A stretch of 64,000 bases of DNA from an uncultured Chloroflexia bacterium (GCA_963847595.1 CAWKAJ010000001.1:601258-665257), one strand, 5' to 3'. Numbered from the stretch's first letter, positions 1 through 9,710 are shown. A program made the numbers and translations. Notes: generated by a model from the letters alone, not told the origin.

Positions 1-632
1 TCTCGCTCCCGGCGGTGTGCGATCAGCTCCTTGATTTTCAGTTCCGGCTCATGTATCGGCGGGCCGTGCCCGGGGCATATCAGACGGACGTCGTATTTCA
101 GAAGCTTCTTCAGAGAATCTATGTACTGGGTCATATCGCCCTCAGGGGCATCGACGAAAGTAGTGCCGATACCCAGAATATGATCTCCGGTGAACAGAAC
201 CTTGTTCTCCCTCACATAGACGCAGATGCTGGCAGGGCTATGGCCCGGCGTATAGACCATTTCCAGGTGTATGCCGCCTATGTCCAAGACATCGCCGTCT
301 TCCACCAGAATATCCCCTGTCACCCGATACTTTCTTCTCGCCTCGCCAGCGGCAAGACGATGCATCACCACTTGAGCGCCGGTCGCCTTCCTGATTGCAC
401 GGCAGCCCCCGATGTGGTCAGGGTGAGGGTGAGTGACTATGATATATGCCAGCTTCAACGGGGCCAGCCGCCTGATGTACTCAACCCTGCTTTTAGCTGC
501 TTCTCTGTCCTCGAATCCCGAATCTATAAGCGCAGCCTCTTTGCCCACCACAAGGTAGACGTTGGGCACATATACCCCCATGAATGTCCAGGTGGACATC
601 GGAATCGAGTGAACGCCGGGAGCTATTTCCAT
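1..632 (-). CDS. MBL-fold metallo-hydrolase (metallo-beta-lactamase superfamily), C-terminus runs off the window start
   Basis: Minus-strand translation starting at ATG 632..630 reads MEIAPGVHSIPMSTWTFMGVYVPNVYLVVGKEAALIDSGF...AYIIVTHPHPDHIGG... with the canonical H-x-H-x-D-H motif (THPHPDHI). The ORF is open to coordinate 1. The track's plus-strand ORF 15..677 is its antisense shadow. Confidence 0.75.
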   Translation of the reverse strand, partial: MEIAPGVHSIPMSTWTFMGVYVPNVYLVVGKEAALIDSGFEDREAAKSRVEYIRRLAPLKLAYIIVTHPHPDHIGGCRAIRKATGAQVVMHRLAAGEARRKYRVTGDILVEDGDVLDIGGIHLEMVYTPGHSPASICVYVRENKVLFTGDHILGIGTTFVDAPEGDMTQYIDSLKKLLKYDVRLICPGHGPPIHEPELKIKELIAHRRER

Positions 633-657
633 CTTTTCTACTTTCCTGCTACTATCG

Positions 658-1644
658 CTAGCCCTTATCCTGGTTAGCTTGTGTCGGCCCTTTCCCCTCA
701 TCGGGCAACTCCGAGGGCACCGGCACAATCTCTTGCTTGCGCGGCCAGATAATGGATGCTATCACGGCAATCAATAGTACACCGGCAACCACGCCCAACG
801 CAATCTCCGTAGGAATCTTATAAAAGTGAGCGATCAGCATCTTAACCCCCACAAAGATGAGGACAGCTATGAGCCCGTAACGGAGATAATAGAACAGCCG
901 CATAACTCCGGCCAGCGCGAAATAGAGCGACCTCAGCCCCAGGATAGCGAAAATATTGGAGGTATAAACTATAAAGGGGTTCAACGTAATGCCGAGCACT
1001 GCCGGAATCGAGTCCAGGGCGAACACGACGTCCGTGGTCTCGACAATCAGCACCACAATCAACAGAGGCGTGACAAAGTAAAGCCCCGCCCTCTTTACCA
1101 GAAACTTGTCATCTTCGTAGCTCTCCGTTACCCGTACAAACCTCCGGAACAGCCTGAGCACTGGGTTCTTTTCCGGCTCTATCTTCTCGTGCTTCTGAAA
1201 AGCCATCCTTATGGCGGTTATGACCAGGAATGTTCCAAAGATGTAGAATACCCAGTCGAATCTGTTCAGCAATTCTATGCCGGCCACGATGAAAATCAAT
1301 CGCATGAAGATGGCGCCGATAATGCCCCAGTAAAGGACTTTATGTTGATACTTGGGAGCCACAGCAAAGTAGGCGAAAATCAGCAAAAAGACAAAGAGGT
1401 TGTCTACGCTGAGAGATTCCTCGATAATGTAGCAGGTCAAAAATTCCAGGGCATGTCCGTGGCCGCGCCACAGGTAAATACCTAGACAGAACAGGAGAGC
1501 CAGGGCAACCCAGAAGGCAGTCCACAGCAGAGCCTCTTTGATCTTGATCTCGTGAGCCCTGCGATTGAAAACCTTGAGGTCCAGCGTCAGCATCACGACC
1601 ACGAAGACGCCGAAGCCAACCCACCACAGAATTTGGCTCTCCAT
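658..1644 (-). CDS. TerC-family integral membrane protein
   Basis: 328 aa multi-pass hydrophobic protein. It has TerC-like motifs (ESLSVDNLFVFLLIF, VFALDSIPAV). RBS AAGGTG lies upstream of the ATG at 1644. Confidence 0.85.
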   Translation of the reverse strand: MESQILWWVGFGVFVVVMLTLDLKVFNRRAHEIKIKEALLWTAFWVALALLFCLGIYLWRGHGHALEFLTCYIIEESLSVDNLFVFLLIFAYFAVAPKYQHKVLYWGIIGAIFMRLIFIVAGIELLNRFDWVFYIFGTFLVITAIRMAFQKHEKIEPEKNPVLRLFRRFVRVTESYEDDKFLVKRAGLYFVTPLLIVVLIVETTDVVFALDSIPAVLGITLNPFIVYTSNIFAILGLRSLYFALAGVMRLFYYLRYGLIAVLIFVGVKMLIAHFYKIPTEIALGVVAGVLLIAVIASIIWPRKQEIVPVPSELPDEGKGPTQANQDKG

Positions 1645-1832
1645 TAAAGCTGCACCTTCTTCTCTGCACTGTGGCTGTCAGGCAAAATCTGCGGGGAGTA
1701 CAGAGGAGGCAATCCTTCAATGTCCGTGGGGGTAATCTCTGCAGCGATAGGAGATACCTGCGTCACAGCCACTATCGGGCTCATGGCATGCATCAAGAGG
1801 ATGTCCCGCTACCTTTACCTCTCACTCAGGGT

Positions 1833-3227
1833 TTAAGTGAATACCCCGGCCTTCTTAAGCTCGCGGAGCTTCTTCAATATCCCCTGTTCCTCCACAAAGT
1901 GGGTGGTGTAATCTCCTTTTCGGAACGACTCGTTGTCCAGGGCTACTATGTGGAACGGGATATTGGTCTTAACCCCTTCGATCTGGTATTCCTTGAGCGC
2001 CCTCTTCATAGTCTCAATAGCTTCAGTGCGGTTTCTGCCCCAGGACAGCAGCTTAGCTATCAAGGGGTCATATTCAAATGGTATGGCGTATCCTGCGTAG
2101 ACACCGCCATCCACTCTGACACCGAAACCGCCCGGCGGGTTGTAGGCTATAAGTTTAGCCGGGGCAGGCATGAAATTCATGAACGGGTCCTCGGCGTTGA
2201 TCCTGCATTCTATGCTCCAGCCCCGGAGCTTAATATCTTGTTGACTGTAGCCCAGCTCCTCGCCGGCAGCTATCCTTATCTGTTCCTTGACCAGATTGAT
2301 ACCGGTTAAAAGCTCACTGAGAGGATGTTCTACTTGAAGACGCGTGTTGACCTCGTTGAAGTAATATTCGTTGCGGTCCATAGAGTAGATGAACTCCACA
2401 GTGAGCGCATTCACATATTTTAGAATCTTGGCTACCTTAACAGCGTCGGAGCCCATCTTCTCTCTCAGTTGAGGGGTCATTATCGGAGAGGGGCCCTCCT
2501 CGATAAGCTTTTGATACCTTCTCTGCACTGAGCACTCGCGGTCGCTCACATAGACCGTGTTGCCCTTCTTGTCAGCCAGGATCTGAAACTCTATATGTTT
2601 AGCTCTGGTGATATATTTCTCGATATAGAACGCAGGCAGGCCGAAAGCCTCGCTGCCCAGCGATTTAGCGTAATCCATCGCCGCCTGCAGCTCTTCTTTG
2701 TTCTTGGCTACTTTCATGCCTATTCCGCCGCCCGCGCCGCTCGGTTTCACAATCACGGGATAGCCGATGCTATCCGCCACGTCGAAAGCCTTGACCATGC
2801 CGGCGGCATCATCGATAGCCCCATCCGAGCCGGGCGATACCGGAACGCCGTTCTTCTTCATCAGGTCGCGGGACTTATGCTTGGGTTTAGCCTCATGCAT
2901 GGAATAGCTGGGAGGGCCGATGAATACAATGCCCCGGGCTTCGCACGCCTCCACAAACTTCGGGTTTTCCGCGAGAAAACCATATCCCGGATAAATCGCT
3001 TCAGCCTGTGCCTTCTCAGCTATGCCCAGTATCTTCTCCATGTTCAGGTAGCTGGAATTGGGCTCCGGGTCTCCCAGGGGGTAGGACTCATCGGCATTTT
3101 TTACGAATAGCGCCGCAGCATCTTTGTCCGAGAAAACGGCCACAGACCGTATCCCCATCTCCCTGCATTCCCTTACTGCCCTGAGGGCGATTTCTCCACG
3201 GTTAGCTACCAGGATCTTTTTGAACAT
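1833..3227 (-). CDS. accC: biotin carboxylase (ATP-grasp) subunit of a biotin-dependent carboxylase
   Basis: 464 aa. N-terminus is MFKKILVANRGEIALRAVRECREMGIRSVAVFSDKDAAALFVKNADESY. ATP-grasp and biotin-carboxylase motifs are present throughout. Confidence 0.9.
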   Translation of the reverse strand: MFKKILVANRGEIALRAVRECREMGIRSVAVFSDKDAAALFVKNADESYPLGDPEPNSSYLNMEKILGIAEKAQAEAIYPGYGFLAENPKFVEACEARGIVFIGPPSYSMHEAKPKHKSRDLMKKNGVPVSPGSDGAIDDAAGMVKAFDVADSIGYPVIVKPSGAGGGIGMKVAKNKEELQAAMDYAKSLGSEAFGLPAFYIEKYITRAKHIEFQILADKKGNTVYVSDRECSVQRRYQKLIEEGPSPIMTPQLREKMGSDAVKVAKILKYVNALTVEFIYSMDRNEYYFNEVNTRLQVEHPLSELLTGINLVKEQIRIAAGEELGYSQQDIKLRGWSIECRINAEDPFMNFMPAPAKLIAYNPPGGFGVRVDGGVYAGYAIPFEYDPLIAKLLSWGRNRTEAIETMKRALKEYQIEGVKTNIPFHIVALDNESFRKGDYTTHFVEEQGILKKLRELKKAGVFT

Positions 3228-3264
3228 TATCCTTTACCTCTCTAAATTTGGAGGATTAAGCTCC

Positions 3265-3486
3265 TTAACATTCGATAAGTACGATAAGGTCTCCCGTTTC
3301 CACTGTCTGCCCTGCAGCGACCTTGACCTCTACCACCGTGCCCTCTACAGGCGACAATATCGGGTTTTGCATCTTCATCGATTGCAGTACGCAGATTTCG
3401 CCGTCCTCCGTTATCGAGCAGCCCGCAGTGACAGCCACACTGACTATTTTGCCCGGTATCGGAGCTTCGATTCTTTCCTGAGACAT
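3265..3486 (-). CDS. biotin carboxyl carrier domain protein (biotinyl/lipoyl attachment domain only)
   Basis: 73 aa. The biotinylation motif SMKM is followed by the hammerhead pattern ...PVEGTVVEVKVAAGQTVETGDLIVLIE. A GGAG RBS is present. It lies directly upstream of accC on the same strand. Confidence 0.8.
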   Translation of the reverse strand: MSQERIEAPIPGKIVSVAVTAGCSITEDGEICVLQSMKMQNPILSPVEGTVVEVKVAAGQTVETGDLIVLIEC

Positions 3487-3840
3487 CTCTAATTACACTC
3501 CTTTGCTACCCTAAGTTCTGCCTGGAAGTCCGTGCTAATGTCGGTGCCGCTCAGCTTGCGCCAGAGCAGACACAACTCAAATTAGTCTATACTTAGTGTC
3601 ATTCTATGTCAAGAGTAAACGTTCAAAGGCGAAGGGCAGGGCGCTTCTGCCAAGGCGGGCTCTCCCAACCTCTTTCAAGGCTCGGTCCCCAGGGAGTCCA
3701 GAGGGATTAAAAAGATATGGAGGATTGCCCTCGGCCGGTTTTTCATTGGTGGAGGATACGGTGTATCTATGTCACCCTGAGTGTAACGAAGGGTCTCTGA
3801 GATTCTTCGCTTTGCTCAGAATGACATCATAACCGGAGTG

Positions 3841-3935
3841 TGCAGAGGGGCAAAGCCCCTTTGCTGGGGGTTTGGGGGTATCCCCCAGTTTCTTAAAGTC
3901 CCCCAAGACTGGGGGATTTAGGGGGTTCAAGAAGA
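3841..3935. repeat. G-rich triple-hairpin repeat, family A copy 1 (aggggCAAAGcccct / tgggggtatccccca / cccccaagactggggg)
   Basis: Near-identical copies occur at 14858-14950, 39231-39330 and 53211-53320. Each contains three consecutive short perfect palindromes. Confidence 0.7.
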
Positions 3936-4029
3936 TGATTATAAACCTCTTCCAGGATAGTTGACGGCAATTCTATTAACACATAAAATTTATTCTAATG
4001 TCCGAATTTTACCGCGTTGTCCCGAAGTG

Positions 4030-5583
4030 ATGAGCATGGGTTCGAAGCCGCTAAGAGAGAAGCTGACAGCGCTCGACAAGATGGGCCACAGGCTCAGGCA
4101 GGGCGGCAGCCTGGCCAGAATAGAGAGACATCGCGCCAAAGGTAAACTCCTAGCGCGCGACAGGATAGAGAGGCTTCTCGACCCCGATACTTTCCAGGAG
4201 CTTGACCTCTGGGGCACCCCTATGGCTACAGGGACTCTCACCGACTATAAAAAGGGCCCTGCAGATGGCGTTGCTGTAGGCTACGGCCGGGTAAACGGAC
4301 GCCCTGTCTACGTCTGGTCGCAGGATGCCACCGTTTTCGGCGGCACCGTAGCCACAGTCCATGCCCGAAAGATAACCATGGTCATGGAGAAGGCCATACA
4401 GGCCAGGGTTCCGATTGTCGGCATCATCGACTCCGAGGGCCCGCGAATCGAGGACGCCATTCAGTATTATCGCTTCTATTCCCCCGAATCTATGGTCTAT
4501 TTTCAGACCCTGGCCTCAGGCGTAATTCCCCAGGTCTCTCTGATAATGGGGCCCTGCGTTGGCGAGATGGCCATCTCCGCCTCTTTAGCTGATTTCGTTT
4601 TCATGGTCAGGAATACCAGCCATATGCACGTAGCGCCGCTTCCTGAGCGCAAGGCTGCCGAGAAGGTGGGCAATGCCTCGGTACATGCTTACGATACCGG
4701 CTGCTGCGATGTGCTTGCTGAAGATGATGAAGAATGCCTGCGTAAATGTCGTGAGCTATTGAATTACCTGCCTTCGCATAACGCTGAGCCTGCTCCGGTC
4801 ATAGACACCGGCGACGACCCCGACCGCAGGGAGGAAGAGCTTCTGGAGATAGTCCCCTTCAATATGAAGAAGGCCTTCGACATGCACCGCATAATTTCCC
4901 TGATTGTAGACAACGGCAAGCTGTTTGAGATAAAGCAGCAGTGGGCAACCAACCTGATAACGTGTTTTGCACGGCTGGCCGGACAAACGGTGGGCTTCAT
5001 AGCCAATAACCCACAGTCCCTGGGAGGCTCCCTGACACTCGATGCTGCCGATAAGATGGCGCGCTTCGTCAGGTTCTGCGATGCTTTCAACATACCCCTG
5101 GTCTGGCTGGCAGATACCCCTGCCTTTCTGCCCGCAGTGGAAGAGGAGACCCGGGGCCTGATACGGCACGGCTGCAAAGTGGTATTCTCCAATGCCGAGG
5201 CTTCGGTGCCTCAAATCACCATCGCCATACGCAAGCTCTACGGAGGTGGAGGAGTAGCCATGCCCGGCACGACTCTGGGTGGCGACCTCGATGTGGCCTG
5301 GCCCTCTGTAGAACGCGGCCTCATGGGTCCGGAGGCGGCAGTATCCATCATCTACAGGAAAGAGCTGAGAGCCCTTAAGGACAAGGATGAAGCCGCATTA
5401 AAAGAACGGCATGCTCAGAGGGTCTTGGAGATGCAGCAGAGGCTGCGCCACCTTGAGCGCGAGTGGGGCCAAGAGTTTATCGACCCTCGTGACACCCGCC
5501 CTTTCCTTATCAAAGCCCTCAAGACATTTGCCCGCAGAGAAGAAGGCCGCCCTCCCCGCAAACACGAAAACATGCGCCTCTAA
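4030..5583 (+). CDS. acyl-CoA carboxylase carboxyltransferase subunit (PccB/MmdA/GcdA family), paralog 1
   Basis: Carboxyltransferase signature blocks (DSEGPRIEDAIQYYRFYSPES, GPCVGEMAISASLADF). Likely start MSMGSKPLREKL at 4030 or 4036. The track ORF starts further upstream at 3961. Confidence 0.88.
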   Translation: MSMGSKPLREKLTALDKMGHRLRQGGSLARIERHRAKGKLLARDRIERLLDPDTFQELDLWGTPMATGTLTDYKKGPADGVAVGYGRVNGRPVYVWSQDATVFGGTVATVHARKITMVMEKAIQARVPIVGIIDSEGPRIEDAIQYYRFYSPESMVYFQTLASGVIPQVSLIMGPCVGEMAISASLADFVFMVRNTSHMHVAPLPERKAAEKVGNASVHAYDTGCCDVLAEDDEECLRKCRELLNYLPSHNAEPAPVIDTGDDPDRREEELLEIVPFNMKKAFDMHRIISLIVDNGKLFEIKQQWATNLITCFARLAGQTVGFIANNPQSLGGSLTLDAADKMARFVRFCDAFNIPLVWLADTPAFLPAVEEETRGLIRHGCKVVFSNAEASVPQITIAIRKLYGGGGVAMPGTTLGGDLDVAWPSVERGLMGPEAAVSIIYRKELRALKDKDEAALKERHAQRVLEMQQRLRHLEREWGQEFIDPRDTRPFLIKALKTFARREEGRPPRKHENMRL

Positions 5584-5591
5584 ACCATGTA

Positions 5592-5720
5592 AATGTCATT
5601 CTGAGCTTTAGCGAAGAATCTCGGTATTTAGGCCTGCCTGCTATTTTCGTTCTTCGTGGTGCTGATTGCAGTCAGCATGACGGATTCCTGCTTACGCAGG
5701 AATCCAGTAGGCGCACAGCG
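5592..5720. repeat. composite hairpin repeat (modules tgtcattctgagc..gaagaatctc + tattttcgttcttcgtg + cggattcctgcNNgcaggaatccag)
   Basis: The same three-module arrangement recurs at 22268-22400 and, more diverged, at 42076-42250. The first module also occurs as a back-to-back inverted pair at 3776-3835. Confidence 0.6.
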
Positions 5721-5801
5721 TGATGTACCCTGGCGCTCCCGCTACTTCTCTTGAAAAGAGCTCGTATATTGAGCATTAATGGTCACCCAGAAGGCCACAA
5801 A

Positions 5802-6779
5802 TCAAGAGGTAAGAAAAGCTTCACGCAGCGCAGCGCTGGCTTCTTCAATGCCGTTTCTAGCTTGATTTAACAATCCATCCATACTCATGAACCCGTGGAT
5901 CATGCCCTTGTATCGTGTGCACTTAACAGAGACCCCTGCCTTTTTCAGCCTTTTCGCGTAAGATTCACCACCATCTCTCAACACATCGAACTCGGCTGTA
6001 ATCACAAGCGCAGGTGGCAGACCACTCAGGTCTGGAGCTAGTAATGGCGATGCCAGGGGGTTCAGTCTGTCCTCTTCGCAGTTTAGGTATTGCTCACAAA
6101 ACCATTCCCCATCACCCTTGGTTAAAAAATAGCCGTCTGCATAGTTACGGTATGAGTCAGTGTTAGATGATGAGACATCAGTCACGGGATACATCAGCAG
6201 TTGATATTTTAGGGTAGGTCCATCCTGGTCACGCGCCATAATAGCCACTACTGCCGCCAAATTGCCTCCGGCACTGTCCCCCCCCACAGCAATACGGGTG
6301 GGATCACCGTTAATGCGATGGGCATTCTTTGCCACCCATTGGGTAGCAGCGTATGCATCTTCTACCGCTGCCGGAAACTTGTGTTCCGGTGCAAGTCGAT
6401 AGTCAACGGAAACCACAACACAACAAGCCCTGTTTGCGAGAGAGCGGCACAGGTTGTCGTGGGTATCGAGGTCGCAGAGTACAAAACCACCTCCGTGGAA
6501 GAAGACAAATATAGGGAATGGGCTGTCACCTCCAGGTGTGTAGATTCGCAGGGGAATTTCCCCCCCGGGACCGGGAATTGTCAGGTTCTCTACATTGGCA
6601 ACTACTTCCGGTTCCGAGGAAAGTGCCGCCATACCCTTCATCGTCTCTCTGGCTTGAGTTGGTGCTAGCGTGTGAAAGGGTGGTAGATTCATCTGTGCCA
6701 TCTGTTGCAATAGAGCTTCAGCTTGGGGATCAAGTTGTTTCTTAGTCTTGGGTTTATGCTGTACTTTTTGGGATTCCAT
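5802..6779 (-). CDS. alpha/beta-hydrolase fold esterase/lipase (HSL-like family)
   Basis: Oxyanion-hole motif HGGGF and nucleophile elbow GDSAGG. RBS GAGGAGAAG precedes the ATG at 6779. Confidence 0.85.
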   Translation of the reverse strand: MESQKVQHKPKTKKQLDPQAEALLQQMAQMNLPPFHTLAPTQARETMKGMAALSSEPEVVANVENLTIPGPGGEIPLRIYTPGGDSPFPIFVFFHGGGFVLCDLDTHDNLCRSLANRACCVVVSVDYRLAPEHKFPAAVEDAYAATQWVAKNAHRINGDPTRIAVGGDSAGGNLAAVVAIMARDQDGPTLKYQLLMYPVTDVSSSNTDSYRNYADGYFLTKGDGEWFCEQYLNCEEDRLNPLASPLLAPDLSGLPPALVITAEFDVLRDGGESYAKRLKKAGVSVKCTRYKGMIHGFMSMDGLLNQARNGIEEASAALREAFLTS

Positions 6780-6934
6780 TTTGCTTCTCCTCGTAACCTT
6801 AGTATATATTGAGGTCGTCTATTAATCGTGTTAGAACTTGGTAGCCTTTTATACCACCGGTATAGTGACTTGTCAACTGCTCTGCAACCCCGCTTGAAAC
6901 GATGTCTCCTTGTAGCTCAACGCACCACGAGGGC

Positions 6935-6963
6935 TTGGTTTTGCAGGTGGCTGACCTTATAAT
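6935..6963 (+). promoter_or_regulatory. candidate sigma70-type promoter (TTGGTT -17- TATAAT) for the peptidase gene
   Basis: TATAAT at 6958-6963 and TTGGTT at 6935-6940 with a 17-nt spacer. Read by eye only. Confidence 0.3.
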
Positions 6964-7003
6964 GAGGAGACGCCGGTCACAGCGTTACCCGATTCCCGAG
7001 AAC

Positions 7004-8209
7004 ATGAAGATGTCTGCGGATAGATATACCGATTACATGTATGGCTTGGTCAAAAAGGTCATCAACGAAATCGGCCCGCGCCCGTCTTGCAGCGAACGGG
7101 AAAAGAAGCTGGGCCGCCTTCTGGTTGAGGAGTGGCAGCCCTTCTGCGACAGGGTCGAGGCGGAGACATTTACCTGCAGTCCCCACGCCTTCCTGGGCTT
7201 CATCCCTGTCTCAGTCTTGCTCTACTTTGCCGCCGTCGTCCTCTACTGGTTCTACCCGCTGGCCTCCTTCGTACTTATCGCCATCGGCTTCGGCACGTTG
7301 TTTTTCGAGCTCCTGCGGTACCGCGAGTTCGTTGATTTCCTGTTCCCCCGCAGACAGGGCGAGAACATCATGGGCACGATTCGACCTAAGGGCGAAGCTA
7401 CACGCAGGGTTATCGTCAGCGCCCACATGGATTCGGCTTACGAGTTCAACCTCATCTATTACCTGAAAAACGCGGTTATCCCGCTAGTAGAAATCGCCAT
7501 ATTAGGGCTGGTCATCGCCCTGGACGGCAGCCTGGCCAAAACCATCGCCTACTTTTATGGCTTCGCAGATTCCACCGCTTTCACGGTGGTTGGATACATC
7601 ATGATTGCGTTCACTCCCCTCATGGCGCTTGCCCTGTTTTTCCACACGTACAAGCCGGTCCCCGGAGCTATGGACGACATGGCAGGGGTTGCAGTCGTCG
7701 CCGGCCTGGGCAAGTACCTGCAGGAGGCGCGCAAGACCGGGGACTGGCTCCCCGAGAAAACCGAGGTAGTGCTGCTAGCGATGTCGTCCGAGGAGGCCGG
7801 GTTACGCGGCGCCAAACGGTACGTGGCTAAGCATCTGCAGGAGATGGTAACGACGCCGACGTACGGGTTGTTCCTGGACGGCATATACGATGAGAAGTTC
7901 CTGACCGTGACCAACCGCGAGCTTTGCACCGGGGCGAAACACGACCCCGGGCTGGTCAAGATGGCTCAGGATGCGGCGGCAAGCCATAACTGGCATATAG
8001 CCACCAGAATGATTCCGTTGGGCGGCACCGATGCCGCCGCCTTCTCAGTGAAGGGAGTCCCCGCCGTATGCCTGCATTGCCAGGATACCTCCCGAGCCGT
8101 GCCCAACTACCACACCCGGGACGACACCTACGAACACATCCGCCCGGAATCGCTTTCGGTATCGCTGCAGCTTGTTATCGATATGCTCCAGCAGATAGAC
8201 AAGAAGTAG
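7004..8209 (+). CDS. membrane-anchored M28-family metallopeptidase (aminopeptidase-like)
   Basis: N-terminal TM segments are followed by an M28-like catalytic region (SAHMDSAYEF...MDDMAGVAVV...SSEEAGLRGAKRY). The start is set at MKMSADRY (7004). The track ORF begins at 6902 but its first 34 residues look non-native. Confidence 0.65.
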   Translation: MKMSADRYTDYMYGLVKKVINEIGPRPSCSEREKKLGRLLVEEWQPFCDRVEAETFTCSPHAFLGFIPVSVLLYFAAVVLYWFYPLASFVLIAIGFGTLFFELLRYREFVDFLFPRRQGENIMGTIRPKGEATRRVIVSAHMDSAYEFNLIYYLKNAVIPLVEIAILGLVIALDGSLAKTIAYFYGFADSTAFTVVGYIMIAFTPLMALALFFHTYKPVPGAMDDMAGVAVVAGLGKYLQEARKTGDWLPEKTEVVLLAMSSEEAGLRGAKRYVAKHLQEMVTTPTYGLFLDGIYDEKFLTVTNRELCTGAKHDPGLVKMAQDAAASHNWHIATRMIPLGGTDAAAFSVKGVPAVCLHCQDTSRAVPNYHTRDDTYEHIRPESLSVSLQLVIDMLQQIDKK

Positions 8210-8215
8210 ATGATA

Positions 8216-8255
8216 CAGTTGTAGGGTGGGTGGGTTCCCTTCCATTTCACCGGCA
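8216..8255. repeat. repeat family H9 copy (gttgtagggtgggtg ... ccatttcaccg), left flank of ADH cassette
   Basis: Shares the core with 9349-9440 and 9711-9772. Confidence 0.6.
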
Positions 8256-8296
8256 TCCTTGCCAGTTGAAATTAAAAGTAAATTTGGAGGAAGCTT

Positions 8297-9286
8297 ATGA
8301 AAGCGATTGTATATACAAAATACGGACCACCCGATGTTCTTCAGCTCAAAGAGATAGCCAAACCTATTCCCAAGGACAATGAAGTACTAATAAAGATACA
8401 TGCCACAACAGTAAATAGAACCGACTGCGCAACAATTAGAGCAATACCTTTTTTCATGAGAATATTTACAGGACTACTCAAACCAAAAAAACAAATTCCC
8501 GGAACTGCATTTGCTGGAGAAATTGAAGCGGTTGGTAAAAGTGTATCGTCTCTAAAAGTAGGAGATAAAGTGTTTGGATTTGATGACCTGGGCTCAGGAT
8601 CTCAGGCCCAATACACGACAATATCAGAAGATAAAGCGCTGACAACAATACCAAGAAATACAACATTTGAGCAGGCTGCAGCTAGTACTGAAGGTGCGCA
8701 TTATGCGTATAATTTTATTAAAAAAGTGAACCTGAAAAGTGGTCAAAAAGTGCTCGTTAATGGCGCAACAGGAGCTATTGGTTCAGCAGCAGTTCAACTT
8801 CTAAAATACTTGGGCCTTAAAGTTACTGCAGTATGCAATACGAAAAACATAGAATTAGTAAAATCATTAGGAGCCGATAAAGTAATTGATTATACAAAAG
8901 AAGATTTTACGAAAGATGAAGAAAAATATAACTTCGTTTTTGATACTGTTGGGAAAAGTTCATTTTTCAAATGCAAACCATTGTTACAATCGGGCGGAAT
9001 TTATATTTCATCGGACTTAGGTTATATGGCTCAAAATGTTTTTTTACCACTTATTACACCGATTATTAAACCAATGATCGGTAATAAAAAAACCATATTT
9101 CCAGTTCCTACAGATATTAAAGGAAGTATACTTTTAATCAAAAAGCTCATTGAGGAAGGAAAATTCAAAGCGGTTATAGATAGAAAATATCCGCTGGAAC
9201 AAATTGTCGAGGCGTATAAGTATGTCGAAGCAGGGCACAAAACGGGAAATGTGGTCATTACTGTGGAGCATAACAACAAAACCTGA
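8297..9286 (+). CDS. zinc-type alcohol dehydrogenase / quinone oxidoreductase (MDR superfamily), low-GC (apparently foreign)
   Basis: 329 aa MDR pattern (NRTDCATIRA..., GATGAIGSAAVQL Rossmann). By eye the gene is roughly 40% GC against roughly 57% in the neighbouring genes. GGAGG RBS is present. Confidence 0.85.
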   Translation: MKAIVYTKYGPPDVLQLKEIAKPIPKDNEVLIKIHATTVNRTDCATIRAIPFFMRIFTGLLKPKKQIPGTAFAGEIEAVGKSVSSLKVGDKVFGFDDLGSGSQAQYTTISEDKALTTIPRNTTFEQAAASTEGAHYAYNFIKKVNLKSGQKVLVNGATGAIGSAAVQLLKYLGLKVTAVCNTKNIELVKSLGADKVIDYTKEDFTKDEEKYNFVFDTVGKSSFFKCKPLLQSGGIYISSDLGYMAQNVFLPLITPIIKPMIGNKKTIFPVPTDIKGSILLIKKLIEEGKFKAVIDRKYPLEQIVEAYKYVEAGHKTGNVVITVEHNNKT

Positions 9287-9348
9287 CAAAGCGCTATACC
9301 CGACCGGTATTCCGCTGCGCTTCATGGCGGCAGGCAAGCTCCATGAGA

Positions 9349-9440
9349 AGTTGTAGGGTGGGTGCAGTCCGTCTCAGGCAGGACGAAACCCACCATTTAC
9401 ATTCTGGGGATTGGTGGGTTACATTTCATTTCACCGCTCT
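9349..9440. repeat. repeat family H9 copy (agttgtagggtgggtgNagtcc...gacgaaacccaccatttacatt)
   Basis: Inverted gggtggg/cccaccc arms. A related copy is at 9711-9772. Confidence 0.65.
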
Positions 9441-9448
9441 ACGATACC

Positions 9449-9655
9449 TTATTGCGGAAACTCGCTCACTACTGCCAACCGTAACGTTGGTTCGTATTTT
9501 TTAAGACTTCCAAAAGCTATTCTTGCTGGGAAGCCATGACTTATGCGCCACTGTTCGTGTTCTGAATCACCAGCGTATGCAACATGTTTAACCATGTCTC
9601 CCCAAGGCCACCTCCGGTGGCACATAGGGCACATGAAAGGCTTACTGAGATTCAT
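9449..9655 (-). CDS. hypothetical small protein (68 aa, CPMC..H..H)
   Basis: ORF between two H9 repeat copies. No recognisable family. Coding status is uncertain. Confidence 0.25.
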   Translation of the reverse strand: MNLSKPFMCPMCHRRWPWGDMVKHVAYAGDSEHEQWRISHGFPARIAFGSLKKYEPTLRLAVVSEFPQ

Positions 9656-9710
9656 AGGTGCCTCCTCCCTGTTCGATGCCTAAATATCATGATTTTTCAA
9701 ATAGTTCACA

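Noticed and set aside
15-677. Track ORF 15..677 (+, 220 aa) at the left edge
   Set aside because: The translation is His/Arg/Cys-rich and low-complexity. The opposite strand encodes a clean MBL-fold hydrolase with the HxHxDH motif, so the plus-strand ORF is an antisense artefact.
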